Part shown: positions 13,390 to 31,091 of the stretch, piece after piece
Position numbering within the stretch: position 1 is the stretch's first letter
Layout: each line of letters opens with the position of its first letter
NCBI RefSeq assembly: GCF_009914755.1
Contig: NC_060925.1
Reading direction: 5' to 3' (one strand)
Length of the DNA: 64,000 nucleotides
Origin: the human T2T-CHM13v2.0 reference genome, Homo sapiens
Translations under genes and position numbers: made by a program
The notes under the pieces: generated by a model
Told to the model about the DNA's origin: nothing
The model's input: only the letters and a program-made list of their open reading frames with translations
Database searches by the model: none

Positions 13390-16300
13390 GGATATCAGTC
13401 TGTAGTTTTCTTTTTTGGTTAAGTCCTTTCCTGGTTTTGGTATTAGGGTGATGCTGGCTTCATAGAATGAATTAAGGGAGGGTTCCTTTTTTTCTCTATG
13501 TTGTGGAATAGCATCAAAGGATTGGTATCAATTCTTCTTTGAATGTCCGGTAGAATTCTGCTGTAAATCCGTCTGGTCTGGGACTTTTTTTGTTAGTAAT
13601 TTTTTACCATTTTAATCTCATTGTTTGTTATTGGTCTGTTCATGGTATCTCATTCTTCCTGATTTAAGCTAGGAGTGTTGCATCTTTCCAGGAATTTATC
13701 CATCTCTTCTAGGTTTCCTAGTTTATGCGCATAAACTAGGTTTCCTAGTTTACAGTTTATATTCACAGTAGCCTTGAATGATCTTTTGTATTTCAGTGGT
13801 GCCAGTTGTAATATCCCGTTTCTTTTCTTAATGAGGTTATTTGGATTTTCTCTCTTTTCTTGGTTAATCTTGCTAATGGTCTATCAATTTTGTTTATCTT
13901 TTCAAAGAACCAGCTTTTTATCTTTGTATCTTTTTTTTTTTCAATTTCATTTAGTTCTGCCCTGATCTTGGTTATTTCCTTTTTTTCTGCTGGGTTTGGG
14001 TTTGGTTTGTTCTTATTTCTCTAGTTCCTTGAGGTGTGACCTTAGAATGTCAATTTGTGCTCTTTCAATCTTTTTGATGTAGGCGTTGAGGGCTGTGGAC
14101 TTTTCTCTTGGCACTCCCTTTGGTGTATCCCAGAGGTTTTGATAGGTTGTGTCATTATTGCAATTCAGTTTGAAGAATTTCTTAATCTCCACCTTGATTT
14201 TGTTTTTGACCCAATGCTCATTCAGGAGCAGGTTATTTACTTTCCATGTACTTGCATGGCTTTGAAGCTTCCTTTTGGAGTTGATTTCCAGTTTTATTCC
14301 ACTGTGATTTGAGAGAGTGCTTTACATAATTTCAATTTTCTTAATTTTATTAAGGCTCGTTTTATGGCCTATAATATGGTCTATCTTGGAGAAAGTTCCA
14401 TGCACTGTAGAATAGAATGTGTATTCTGTGGTTGTTGGATGAAATGTTCTGCATATATCTGTTAAGTCCATTTGTTCCAAGGTATAGTTTAAATCCATTG
14501 TTTCTTTGTTGATTTTCTGCCTTGATAAGCTGTGTAGTGCTGTCAGTGGAGTATTGACGTCCCCAACTATTATTATGTTGCTGTCTATATCATTTCTTAG
14601 GTCTATTAGTAATTGTTTTATAAATTTGGGAGCTCCAGTGTTAGGTGCATATATGTTTAGGATTGTGATATTTTCCTGTTGGACAAGGCATTTTACCATT
14701 ACATAATGTCCCTCTTTGTCTCTTGTAACTGCTGTTGCTTTAAAGTGTGTTTTGTTTGATATAAGAATAGCTACCCCTGCTTACATTTGGTGTTCATATG
14801 CATGAAATGCCTTTTTCCATCCTTTTAAGTTTATGTGAGTCCTTACATGTTAGGTGAGTCTCTTGAAGGCAGCAGATAGTTGATTGGTGAGTTCTTATCC
14901 ATTCAGAAGTTCTGTATCTTTTAAGAGGAACATTTAGGCCATTTACATTCAATGTTAGTATTGAGATATGAGGTACCGTTACATTCATAGTGCTATTTGT
15001 TGCCTGTGTACTTTGATTTTTAGGATTTTTGTTTTTGCTTTTTAACTTGTATTTTTGTTTTATAAGTCCTGTGTGATTTATGCTTTAAAGAGGTTCTGTT
15101 TTGATGTGTTTCTAGGATTTGTATCAAGATTTAGCGCTCCTTTTTGCAGTTCTTGTAGTGGTGGCTTGATAGTGGCGAATTCTCTCAGTATTTGTTTGTC
15201 TGAAAAAGACTGTATCTTTCCTTCATACATGATGCTTAGTTTTGCTGGATACAAAATTCTTGGCTAATAATTGTTTTATTTGAGGAGGCTGAAGATAGGG
15301 CCCCAATCCCTTCTAGCTTGTAGGGTTTCTGCTGAGAAGCCTGCTGTTAATCTGATAGGTTTTCCTTTATAGGTTACCTAGTGCTTCTGTCTCACAGCTC
15401 TTAAGATTCTTTCCTTCATCTTAACTTTTGATAACCTGATGACAATGTGCCTAGGCGATGATCTTTTTGTGATGAATTTCCCAGGTGTTCTTCATGCTTC
15501 TTGTATTTGGATGTCTAGGTTTCTAGCAAGGCTGAAGTTTTCCTCAATTATTCCCCCAAATATGTTTTCCAAGCTTTTAGAATTCTCTTCTCCCTAGGAA
15601 CACCAATTATTCTTAGGTTTGGTCATTTAACATAATCCCAGACTTCTTGGAGACTTTGTTCGGATTTTCTTATTCTTTTTTCTTTGTCTTTGTTGGATTG
15701 GGTTAATTAAAAGAGCTTGTCTTCAAGCACTGAATTTCTTTCTTCTACTTGTTCAATTCTATTGCTGAGACTTTCCAGAGCATTTTGCATTTCTATAAGG
15801 GTATCCAATGATTCCTGAATTTTTGACTTTTTAAGCTATATATTTTCTTGAATATTTCTCCCTTCACTTCTTGTATCATTTTTTTGAATTTCCTTGCATT
15901 GGGCTTTGCCTTTCTCTGGTGCATCCCTGATTAGTTAAATAACAAACCTCCCAAATTCTTTTTCAGTTAAATCAGGGATTTCTTCTTGTTTTGGATCCAC
16001 TGCAGGTGAACTAGTATGATTTTTTGAAAGATGTTAAAGAGCCTTGTTTTGTCATATTACCAGAGTTGGTTTTCTGGTTCCTTCTCATTTGGGTAGACTC
16101 TGTCAGAGGGAAGGTCTAGGGCTGAAGGTTACTGTTCAGATTCTTTTGTCCCACAGGCTGTTCCCTTCATGTTGTACTCTCCCCCTTTTCCTGTGGATGT
16201 TGTTTGCTGTTAGCTGAACTGCAGTGATTGTTGTTTCTCTTCTGAGTCTAGCTACCCAGCAAGTCTACACAGCTCTGGGCTGGTACTGGGGGTTGTCTGT

Positions 16301-18529
16301 ACAGACTCCTGTGACATGAGCCATCTATGGGTCTCAGCCATGGACACCATCACCTGTTCCAGTGGAGGTGATAGCGGGGTGTAATGGACTCCATGAGAGT
16401 TCTTAGCTTTGGTAGTTTAATGCTCTATTTTTGTGCTGGTTGGCCTCCTGCCGGTAGGTAGTGCTGTCCAGAGAGCATCAGCTGTGGTAGTATAGAGAGG
16501 AAACAGCAGTGGGCAGGGCCCCAGAACTCCCAAGATTATATGCCCTTTGTCTTTAGTTACCAGGTGGGGCAGGAAAGGACCATCAGGTGGAGGCACAGCT
16601 AGGTGTGTCTGAGCTCAGACTCGCCTTAGGTGGGTCCTGCTGCAGCTGCTATGGGGGATGGGGGTGAGGTTCCCAGGTCGATGGAGTTACACAACTTCAT
16701 GGTGTAGGAGGATTATGGCTGCCTCTGCTAAGTCATGCAGGTTGTCAGGGAAGTGGGGAAAAGCCAGTAGTCACAGGCTTCACCCAGCTCCCATGCAAAC
16801 TGAAGGGCCGGTCTCACTCCCACCGTGCCCTCACAACAGCCTTGAGTCTGTTTCCAGGCAGTGGGTGAGCCAGGCTTGAGAACTTACCCCAAGCTACCTG
16901 TCTCCTAGCTGAGGAAAAAAAAGCTTGGTTCTTCCCCCGCCTGTGGAGTCTGCACACTGGATTCACACCCTCCCCCAGGTTCTGGCCGGGAGGATTCTAG
17001 CCTCATTCAAATTGTTACAAAGTTCAGCTGGAAATTTTCTTCTCCCTGTGGTGTTTGCCCCCCTGCTCCTCTAGCTACCATCCTGATGAGTCCCTGTGGT
17101 GCCAGACAGGAATGGCCTGCTTGGGGACCCAGCGAGCTCCCAGGGCCTTTCTGCTCCTCCTCTATACCCCTGTATTTCACTCATCTCTCTAAATTGACTC
17201 AGTTCCAGGTAAGGTCGGAAACTTCTCCTGCAAACAGGCCTTCAGTTTCTCCAGTGGGAGTGTGTCCTTGGGAGAGGAGGCTCTCCCTCTCCCACCTTCA
17301 CAGTTGTGGTACTCACAGTATTTGGGGTGTCTTCTGGGTCCTGGAGTAGCAGTCCGCTTTCTTCAGAAGGCCTGTGAATCCTCTTGGGATTGCTGGTTTG
17401 TTCTTACAGTCGATTTGGAGCTATGATTCACAATGCAAGGCCCTGCATACTGCTCTGTCTGTCCGAGTCAGAGCTGCAATTTAGTCCTGCCTCCTATCTG
17501 CCATGATGACGCTTGATTCCTATACTCCTTGTTAATAAACCCAGTCTAGTATGGCTACTCTTAGAATCATATTTCAAGTCTTCATTTTATTATTAATTAG
17601 ACAAATATTCACTAAATACCTAATATTTGTATTAGGCACTAGAATACAAAGATTAATATGACCTCAATCCTTCTGCCTTTAAGTTTTTTATTGTCAATGT
17701 AAGACAATATGTAGCAACCTACGTATGAAAGGCTATGAAAACACAGAGGAAAGAAAAAAATATATTCAAAAAATATTTCTTAAAAAATGAATGAATTGAT
17801 CTACATTTCGCATTTTAATTAGAATATTCAGTCAGGCAGGCCTGAGCCTGAGTGAAATTTCATTGTGTTTAATCATAATATAGATTGTACGATGGCTTAA
17901 CCACTTACCAGTTGTGTAACTTTGGGCAAATTAATACATCTCTCTGTTCTTTACTACTCTCTATTCCTATAATGAGAACTCCATCATCATATCCTATGTC
18001 ATAGTGAAACATCCTAAACTCACAGGAAACCAGGACTTCTCATGGTGGATGAGACCATTCTTCACTTACATTTCTTATAATAAAATGACAAAAGTTCCCA
18101 TATTAGGAGGAAAAAACTACAATGATAGCTCAAGTTTCTAGGGTAGTCTATAATAGTTTTTGTTCATCTTTTCTTAGTACCACATCCCCCATTAACGTTT
18201 CCCTAGATATCTAATGTGTCTTCTTGCCACCCTCCAGGACCTCACTGATAGTTGGAGTAGATAAGTACAACCTGCTAATGTATTATCAGCGAAAAGACCC
18301 CAGAGATCCTGTTTTATACTTAAAAAGTTATCACCACCAGTTTATCCCTACCTATATCAGAAAGAATAGTATACTCTGTACTATAAAAGTAAAATACTTC
18401 ATTTTCAATTTGGGAAAAAATTGTATTGTATGTATAATTATTTTTGAAAAGGGACTTGTTCCCTTTTAAACACTTCTACATTATTATAATGTTTATAATT
18501 AAAATTTAAATTTTCTTCTCACACATTTT

Positions 18530-18825
18530 GGCTGAGCATGGTGGGTCATGCCCATAATCCCAGCACTTTAGGAGGTTGAGATGGGAGGATCCCTTGAAGC
18601 AGGAGTTCTAGAGCAGACTGAGCAACATAGTGGGATCCCATCTCTTCAGAAAATTTTAAAACCTTAGCTGGCGTTAGTGGTGCAATTCCATCTACTCAGG
18701 AAACCTGAGGGGAGAGCATTGTTTGAGGCCAGGAGTTCCAGGCAGCAGTGAGGTATGATTACACCACTGCACTTGAGTCTGGGTGACAAAGCAAGATCCT
18801 GTCTAGAAACACACACACACACACA
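18530..18825 (+). mobile_element. Old Alu (AluJ-like) with (CA)n tail
   Basis: GGGAGGATCCCTTGAAGCAGGAGTTC, GCAACATAGTG, GCAGTGAGGTATGATT AluJ features; tail ACACACACACACACAC. Confidence 0.85.
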
Positions 18826-19319
18826 GTCTCAGAGCTAAGACATATAGAACCAGGATTTAAATCCAGAAGGTCCAAACTACAAAGTCCATGGTCTTTCTAA
18901 TTCATCACAATACTCCAACAGTGCTATGCAGAGAAGTTCCGATAAATAAGATTTCTTCCATGCCAAAGACAGATTTATCTCTCCAGGACAAGCAATCATC
19001 AGCCAAGAGTCTGAGTTTCTCAGGAAGAGCCTTGAAAATGCAAACACATTTTTTTTTATACTGAGCACAGATAAAAGGTTTTAAAATTTCAGCTTCTGTC
19101 TCAGAGACATAATAATAAAACAATTGAAACCATTTTTTTAGCTTACTAAACAAATTTTCACTTTCCATTTGCAAATAGATCAAGGCTCATTAGTGATGTT
19201 TTTCAAGACACTCCAGATACCAAGTGTTTTTAATAACAATGTATTTTTAAGAAAACATGCTTGAGAGGAGGCAGAGAAAGAGCAAAGTAGAAGGCTCCAT
19301 CAATTGTCCCGCCCACAAA

Positions 19320-21937
19320 TGTGTCCAGAATTGGTGGTTTCTTGGTCTCGCTGACTTCAAGAATGAAGACGCGGACCCTCGCGGTGAGTGTTACAGTTCT
19401 TAAAGATGGTGTGTCTGGAGTTTGTTCCTTCTGATGTTCAGATGTGTCCAGAGTTTCATCCTTCTGGTGGGTTCATGATCTCACTGACTTCAGGAGTGAA
19501 GCTGCAGACCTTCGGGTGAGTGTTACAGCTCTTAAAGGCGGCGCGTCTGGAGTTGTTCGTTCCTTCTGGTGGGTTCGTGGTCTCGCTGGCCTCAGGAGTG
19601 AAGCTGCAGACCTTCACGGTGAGTGTTAAAGCTCTTAAAGGCAGCACGGACCCAAAGAGTGAGCAGCAGAAAGATTTACTGTGAAGAGCAAAAGAACAAA
19701 GCTTCCACAGGAAGAAGGGGAACCGAGTGGGTTGCCACTGCTGGCTCTCTGGCAGCCTGCTTTTATTCCCTTATCTGACCCCACTCACATCCCGCTGATT
19801 GGTCCATTTTACAGAGAGCTGATTGGCCCATTTTACAAAGAACTGATTGGTCCGTTTTGACAGGGTGCTGATTGGTGCATTTACAAACCTTGAGCTAGAC
19901 ACAGAGTGCTGATTGGTGCATTGACAATCCTTTAGCTAGACACAAAAGTTCTCCAAGTCCCCACTAGATTAGCTAGACACAGAGCACTGATTGGTGCATT
20001 TACAAACCTTGAGCTAGACACAGAGTGCTGATTGGTGCATTTACAATCCTTTAGCTAGACACAAAAGTTCTCCAAGTCCCCACTAGATTAGCTAGACACA
20101 GAGCACTGATTGGTGTGTTTACAAACCTTGAGCTAGACATACAGTGCTGATGGGTGCTTTTGTGTCTAGCTTTTGTGTCTAGCTAAAGGCTTGTAAATGC
20201 ACCAATCAGCACTCTGTGTGTAGCTCAAGGTTTGTAAATGCACCAATCAGTGCTCTGTGTCTAGCTAATCTAGTGGGGACTTGGAGAATTTTTGCAATCT
20301 ACTCATCTGACAAAGGGCTAATCTCCAGAATCTACAAAGAACTCAAACAAATTTACAAGAAAAAAAAAAACCCATCAAAAAGTGGGCCAAGGATATGAAC
20401 AGACACTTCTCAAAAGAAGACATTTATGCAGCCAACAGACACATGAAAAAATGCTCATCATCACTGGCCATCACAGAAATGCAAATCAAAACCACAATGA
20501 GATATCATCTCACACCAGTTAGAATGGACATCATTAAAAAGTCAGGAAACAACAGGTGCTGGAGAGGATATGGAGAAATAGGAACACTTTGACACTGTTG
20601 GTGGGACTGTAAACTAGTTCAACCATTGTGGAAGACAGTGTAGCGATTCCTCAGGGATCTAGAACTAGAAATACCATTTGACTCAACTATCCCATTACTG
20701 GGTATATACCCAAAGGATTATAAATCATGCTGCTATAAAGACACATGCACACGTATGTTTATTGCGGCACTACTCACAATAACAAAGACTTGGAACCAAC
20801 CCAAATGTCCAACAATTATAGACTGGATTAAGAAAATGTGGCACATATACACCATGGAATACTATGCAGCCATAAAAAATGATGAGTTCATGTCCTTTGT
20901 AGGGACATGGATGAAGCTGGAAACCATCATTCTCAGCAAACTATCACAAGGACAAAAAACCAAACACCGCATGTTCTCACTCATAGGTGGGAATTGAATA
21001 AGGAACACTTGGACACAGGAAGGGGAACATCACATACTGGCGCCTGTCGTGAGGTGGGGGAAGGGGGCAGGAATAGTATTAGGAGATATACCTAATGTAA
21101 ATGACACCAACATGGCACATGTATACATATGTAACAAACCTGCACATTGTGCACATGTACCCTAGAACTTAAAGTATAATAAAAAAAATTATATATATAT
21201 ATATATATAAACAAATCTTTAGCTAGACACAAAGTGCCGATTGGTGCATTTACAAACCTTTATCTAGACATAAAAGTTCTCTAAGTCACCACCCGACTCA
21301 GGAGCCCAGCTGGCTTCGCCTAGTGGATCCCGCGCAGGGGCCGCAGGCGGAGCTGCCTGCTAGTCCAGTGCTAGGTGCCGGCACTCTTCAGCCCTTGGGC
21401 CGTCCATGGGACCTGGGGCCTCGGAGCAGGGGGCGAGGTCCGTCGGGAAGGCTCGTGCGGTGCAAGGGGTGGGCATGAGGGCTTGGGCATGGCAGGCTGC
21501 AGGTCCTGAGCCCTGCCCTGCAGGGAGATGGCTGAGGCCTGACGAGAATTCAAGCGCGGCGCGGGTGGGCCTGCAGTGCTGGGGGACCCGGCGCACCCTC
21601 CGCAGATGCTGGCCCAGGTGCTAAGCCCCTCACTGCCTGGGGCCGGCGGTGCCTGCCGGCTGCTAGCTGCTCAGAGTGCGGGGCTGCCCAGCCCTCGCTC
21701 ACTCGGAACTCGCACTGGCCCGTGATTGCTGCGTGCAGCCCTGGTTCCCACCCGAGCCTCTCCCTCCACACCTCCCCACAAGCAGAGGGAGCTGGCTGCA
21801 GCCTTGGCCAGCCCAGAGAAGGTCTCCCACAGTGCAGAGGCGGGCTGAAGTGTTCCTCAAGTGCTGCCAGAGCGGACGCTGAGGCCTGAGGAGGTGCTGA
21901 GAGCGAGCGAGGGCTGCTAGCATGTTGTCACCTCTCA
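19320..21937 (-). mobile_element. LTR12-family solo LTR interrupted by an L1PA insertion
   Basis: TGTGTCCAGAATTGGTGG ... TGTCACCTCTCA termini; TSD CAAA/CAAG (19316-19319, 21938-21941); ATTGG repeats with a 119-bp tandem unit; duplicated U5 segments. Confidence 0.93.
20289..21208 (+). mobile_element. 5'-truncated L1PA (L1PA4/5-like) 3' end with poly-A/(TA)n tail
   Basis: ORF2 C-terminus ...[13 protein letters not shown], 3'UTR ending CCTAGAACTTAAAGTATAATAAAAAAAA then (TA)10; no TSD. Confidence 0.93.
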
Positions 21938-23007
21938 CAAGGACACCAATTTAACAACTATCTACAAAAAAAGACACATTCATAAGAACCAAAAATCAGG
22001 TGAGCCCTCATAGTACCTGGTTTTAATTTCATATTGTTGAAAGAGGCATTGAAGAAATAGAAAAAATAGTCTTGACTCACTGACACCACCACACCCCCAC
22101 AACCTGGCAGCAGCAGCATAATTCAGAGTGTCTCTGGGCGCTGGGGAAGGAAGAACACAGCAATGATGAGACATTGAACTCAGGGCTGTCCTCTTAGAGC
22201 AGAAAGGAAAACTGGACCAAACTCAGCTGATATCTGCCCATGGAGGGAGAACTTCACCCAGCCCTAACCAGAGGGGAATCACTGTTTCCAGTGGTCTCAA
22301 CTTGAGTTCCTGCAAACCCTACCACCAAGGGCTAAAGTGGTCTGGGTCTCTAAGTAAACATAAAAGGCAGCCTAGGCCATAAGGCCTTCAACTTGTAAGT
22401 GAGTCCTATTGCTGAACTAGGCCCAGAGACAGTGAACTGGGGAAGCACCTGACATAGTGAGACATCAGCTGGGGTGGGAAAGGGAGAGCTGCTATCACCC
22501 CTCCCCTAACCCAAGGCTGCCGAGATTGCAGCTCCAAAAGAGACCCCTTCCTTCTGCTTGAGAAGAAAACATGGAAGAGTGGGGAGGATTTGTCTTGCAT
22601 CTTAAATACCAGCTCTACCATAGCATAATAGGGCACCAGTTAAGAGTAGTGAGGCCTTATTCCAGGCACTAGCTCCAGGACATTTCCAGACAGACCCTGG
22701 GCCCAAAGAGAACCTTCTACCTTAAAGGGAAAAACCCAGTCCTAGCATTTGTTACCTGCTAACTGAAGAGCCCTTGGACCCTGAATAATCAGCAGTGATA
22801 CTCACATACTACCTCAAGGGCTGTGCGTGAGCCTTAGGCTTGTTGGCTTCAGGTGAGACCCAGCACATTACCACCTGTGGTAGCTGTGGGGAAAAACTCC
22901 TTCTTGAGAAAAGTAGAGAAAAAAATAAAGGGGACTTTGCCTTGAACCTTAGGTACCAGAATGGCCACAGTGTGTCAGAGAACCAAGCTGGATTTTGGGA
23001 TCCCTGA

Positions 23008-23310
<303 letters not shown>

Positions 23311-24077
23311 TGGGATCCTTGATTCTAAGATTTGACACTTGTACAGCACCTCTGGACCTGCCATGGGCCAGCAGAGAGCCCAGTACCCTAGAGGGTGAGT
23401 TGCAGGCCAAGCAGCATTCACCACAAACTGACTTAAGAGCTCTTGAGCCTTAAAGGAACATCAACAGTATTCTGGCAGTACTCTCCATAGTCTGTGGTGG
23501 CAGTGGCTACTGGGTGAGGCTCATCCTTTGGAAAAAGGAGAAAAAAGTGGAAGTGCTGTGTCCTGTGACTTGAGTGCCAGTTCAGCTACAGTATAATAGA
23601 AAACCAGGTAGACTTTTAAGGTATTTGACTCTAGTCCCTGACTCCTGGGTGGTACCTCTGGACCCTCCTGGGGCCTGGGGGAACTCGCCATCCTGAAGGG
23701 AAGAACCATGGCCTGGCTGGCTTTGCCACATGCCACGTATAGAGCCCCAGAGCCTTTATGAACATCGGAAGTACCTAAGGTCTTGGGTGAGATCCAGTGC
23801 TGTGATGGCTTCAGGTCTAACACAGCACAGTCCTAGTTGTGGTAACCATGCAGGTTTTTGTGTCATGCCACCTCTAATTCCAGGAGGCTCAGAACAGAAA
23901 GAGATACGGTTTCTTTTGAGGAATGTAAGGGAAAATAATAGGAATCTCTCCCTAGTAATCCAGAGAATTCTAATGGATCTTGTACAAGACTATCAAGGCA
24001 GTACCCTCTATGAGTCTGCAAGAACCACAGCGTTACTAGGCTTGGGATGTCATCTAAAGCAGATACAGCTTAAATTA

Positions 24078-24627
24078 TGTGATGGTTAATATTAAGTGTC
24101 AACTTGATTGAAGGATGCAAAGTATTGTTTCTGGGTGTGTTTCTGAGGGTCTTCCCAGAGAAGATTAACATTTCAGTCAGTGGACTGAAAGAGGCAGATC
24201 CACCCTCCATTTTGGTGGAAACCATCCAATTGGCTGCCAGCACAGCTAGAAAAAGCAGGTGGAAGAAAGTGGAAAAAACTGACTTGCTGAGTCTTCTGAC
24301 TTTGATCCTTCTACTGTTCTGGATGCTTCCTGCCCTTGAACATCAGCCTGCAGGTTCTTCAGCTTTTGGAGTCTTGAACTTACACCAGTGGTTTGCCAGG
24401 GGCTCTTAAGCCTTCAGCGACACATTGAAGGCTACACTGTTGGCTTCCCTGTTTTTGAGGTTTTGGGACTTGGACTGAGCCTCTACTGACTTCCTTGCTC
24501 CTCAGCTTGCAGACAGCCTATTGGGAAATTGTACCTTGTGATAGTGTGAGTCAATTATCACTAATAAACTCCCTTTCATATATACATGTATCCTATTACT
24601 TCTGTCTCTCTGGAGATCCCTAATACA
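24078..24627 (+). mobile_element. MLT2A2-like HERV-L solo LTR (550 bp)
   Basis: TGTGATGGTTAATATTAAGTGTCAACTTGATTG ... AATAAACTCCC ... CCCTAATACA; contains the CACCAGTGGTTTGCCAGGGGCTCT segment absent from the MLT2A1 LTRs downstream. Confidence 0.88.
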
Positions 24628-26197
24628 CATCACGACACCCAAGTTCTTTCAAATATCTGGAAAGCCTTCCCAAGAAGGACAAATATAAACAACCCTAAAC
24701 AGTGAAGCCTGCAATGAATATCTACCTCTTCAATGGCCAGACACTCAAGAACATCTACCAGCATCAGCACCATTGAGAAAAACATGACCTCACCAAATGA
24801 ACTCAATAAAGCACCAGGGACCAATACTGGAGGAACAATATGTTACCTTTCAGAGAATTCAAAATAGATGTGTTGAGGAAACTCAAAGAAATCCAAGATA
24901 ACACGGAGAAAAAAATCAGAATTTCATCAGATAAACTAAATAAAGAGACAGAGATAATTTGAAAAGAATCAAGCAGAAATTCTGGATATGAAAAACTCAA
25001 TTCATGTACTGAAGAATGCAGAAGTCTTTCAATAGAAGAATTGATAAAGCAAAAGAAAAAATTAGTGAGCCTGAAGACAGGCTATTTAAAATACACAGAG
25101 TATTAAAAAAAGACAAAAAACAATGAAGCACACCTAAAGATTCTAGAAAGTAGCCACAAAAGGGTAAATCTAAAAGTTATTGGCCTCAAAGACAAGACTG
25201 AGAAAGAGATATGGGTAGAAAGTTTATTCAAAGAGATAATAAGAACTTCCCAAACGCAGAGAAAGATATCAACGTCCAAGTACAGGAAGATTATGCAACA
25301 CCAAACGGACTTAACCCAAATAATCAAACTATTTAATAAACTCACAAAGTTCAAGGATAAATAAAGATTCCTAAAAGCAGTAAGAAACAAGAAACAAATA
25401 ACATAAAATGGAGCTCCAGTATGTCTGACAGCAGACTTTTCAATGGAAACCTTACAAACTAGGAGAGACTCGAATGATTTACCTAAAGTCCTAAAGGAAA
25501 AAATCTTTTACCCCTGAATAGTATATCTGGTGAAAATGTCCTTTAAACATGAAGAGGGAATAAAGATTTTCCCAGAAAAACAAAAGCTGAGGGATTTCAT
25601 CAACACCAGACCCGTCCTAAAGGAATGCTAAAGGGACTTCGATCAGGAAGAAAAAGATGCCAGTGAGAAATAACTAATCACCTGAAGGTACAAACTCACT
25701 GCTAATAGTAAGGACATGGAAAACACAAAATTCTATAACAACATAACTATGGTGTGTAAACTACTCTCACTCATAGCACAAAGATTGAATGATGAACCAA
25801 TTAAAAATAATAACTACAAAAACTTTTCAAGACTTAGTAAATATGATATAAATAGAAACAATAAAAAGTTAAGAAGTGGGTAAACCAATTTAGGGTGTAG
25901 AGCTTTTTTAAGTTTTCTTTTTAAAAAAAATTGTATATTTTTTGCTTTTTATTTTTATTTTTTATTATTATTATTATACTTTAACCTTTATTATACATGT
26001 ACCCTAAAGTTTTAGGGTACATGTGCACAACATGCAGGTTACATATGTACACATGTGCCATGTTGGTGTGCTGCACCCATTGACTCGTCATTTAGCATTA
26101 GGTGTATCTCCTAATGCTATCCGTCCCCCCTCCCCCCAACCCACAACAGTCCCCACTGTGTGATGTTCCCCTTCCTGTGTCCATGTGTTCTCATGGT

Positions 26198-29990
<3,793 letters not shown>

Positions 29991-30080
29991 TGTTATGTGT
30001 GAATTTGATCCTGTCATTATGATGTTAGCTGCTTATTTTGCTCGTTAGTTGATGTTGTTTCTTCCTAGCCTTGATGGTCT

Positions 30081-31091
30081 TTACAATTTGGCATGTTTTT
30101 GCAGTGGCTGGTACTGGTTGTTCCCTTCCATGTTTAGTGCTTCCTTCAGGACCTCTTTTAGGGCAGGCCTGGTGGTGACAAAATCTCTCAGCATTTGCTT
30201 GTCTGTAAAGGATTTTATTTCTCCTTCATGTATGAAGCTTAGTTTGGCTGGATATGAAATTCTGGGTTGAAAATTCTTTTCTTTAAGAGTGTTGAATATT
30301 GGCCCCCACTCTCTTCTGGCTTGTAGAGTTTCTGCCGAGAGATCCGCTGTTAGTCTGATGGGCTTCCCTTTGTGGGTAACCCAACCTTTCTCTCTGGCTG
30401 CCCTTAACATTTTTTCCATTTCATCTTTGGTGAATCTGACAAGTATGTGTCTCGGAGTTGCTCTTCTTGAGGAGTATCTTTGTGGTGTTCTCTGTATTTC
30501 CTGAATTTGAATGTTAGCCTGCCTTGCTACATTGGGGAAGTTCTCCTGGATAATATCCTGCAGAGTGTTTTCCAACTTGGTTCCATTCTCCCCGTCACTT
30601 TCAGGTACACCAATTAGATGTAGATTTGGTCTTTTCACATAGTCCCATATTTCTTGGAGGCTTTGTTCATTTCTTTTTGTTCTTTTCTCTCTAAACTTCT
30701 CTTCATGCTTCATTTCATTCATTTCGTCTTCCATCGCTGATACCCTTTCTTCCCGTTGATCGCATCAGTTACTGAGGCTTATGCATTCATCACGTAGTTC
30801 TTGTGCCATGGTTTTCAGCTCCATCAGGTCCTTTAAGGACTTCTCTGCATTGGTTATTCTAGTTATCCATTCGTCTAATTTTTTTTCAAGTTTTTAGCTT
30901 CTTTGCCATTGGTTCGAATTTCCTCCTTTAGCTCAGAGTAGTTTGATCTTCTGAAGCCTTCTTCTCTCAATTCATCAAAGTTACACTCCGTCCAGCTTTG
31001 TTCCGTTGCTGGTGAGGAGCTGTGTTCCTTTGGAGGAGGAGAGGCGCTCTGATTTTTAGTTTCCAATTTTTCTGCTCTGTTTTTTCCCCAT
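30081..31091 (-). pseudogene. L1 ORF1p, frameshifted; C-terminal 217 codons open
   Basis: EQSLQEIWDYVKRPNL...ARREWGPIF...YPAKLSF; N-terminal part in another frame (30875-31066). Confidence 0.9.
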
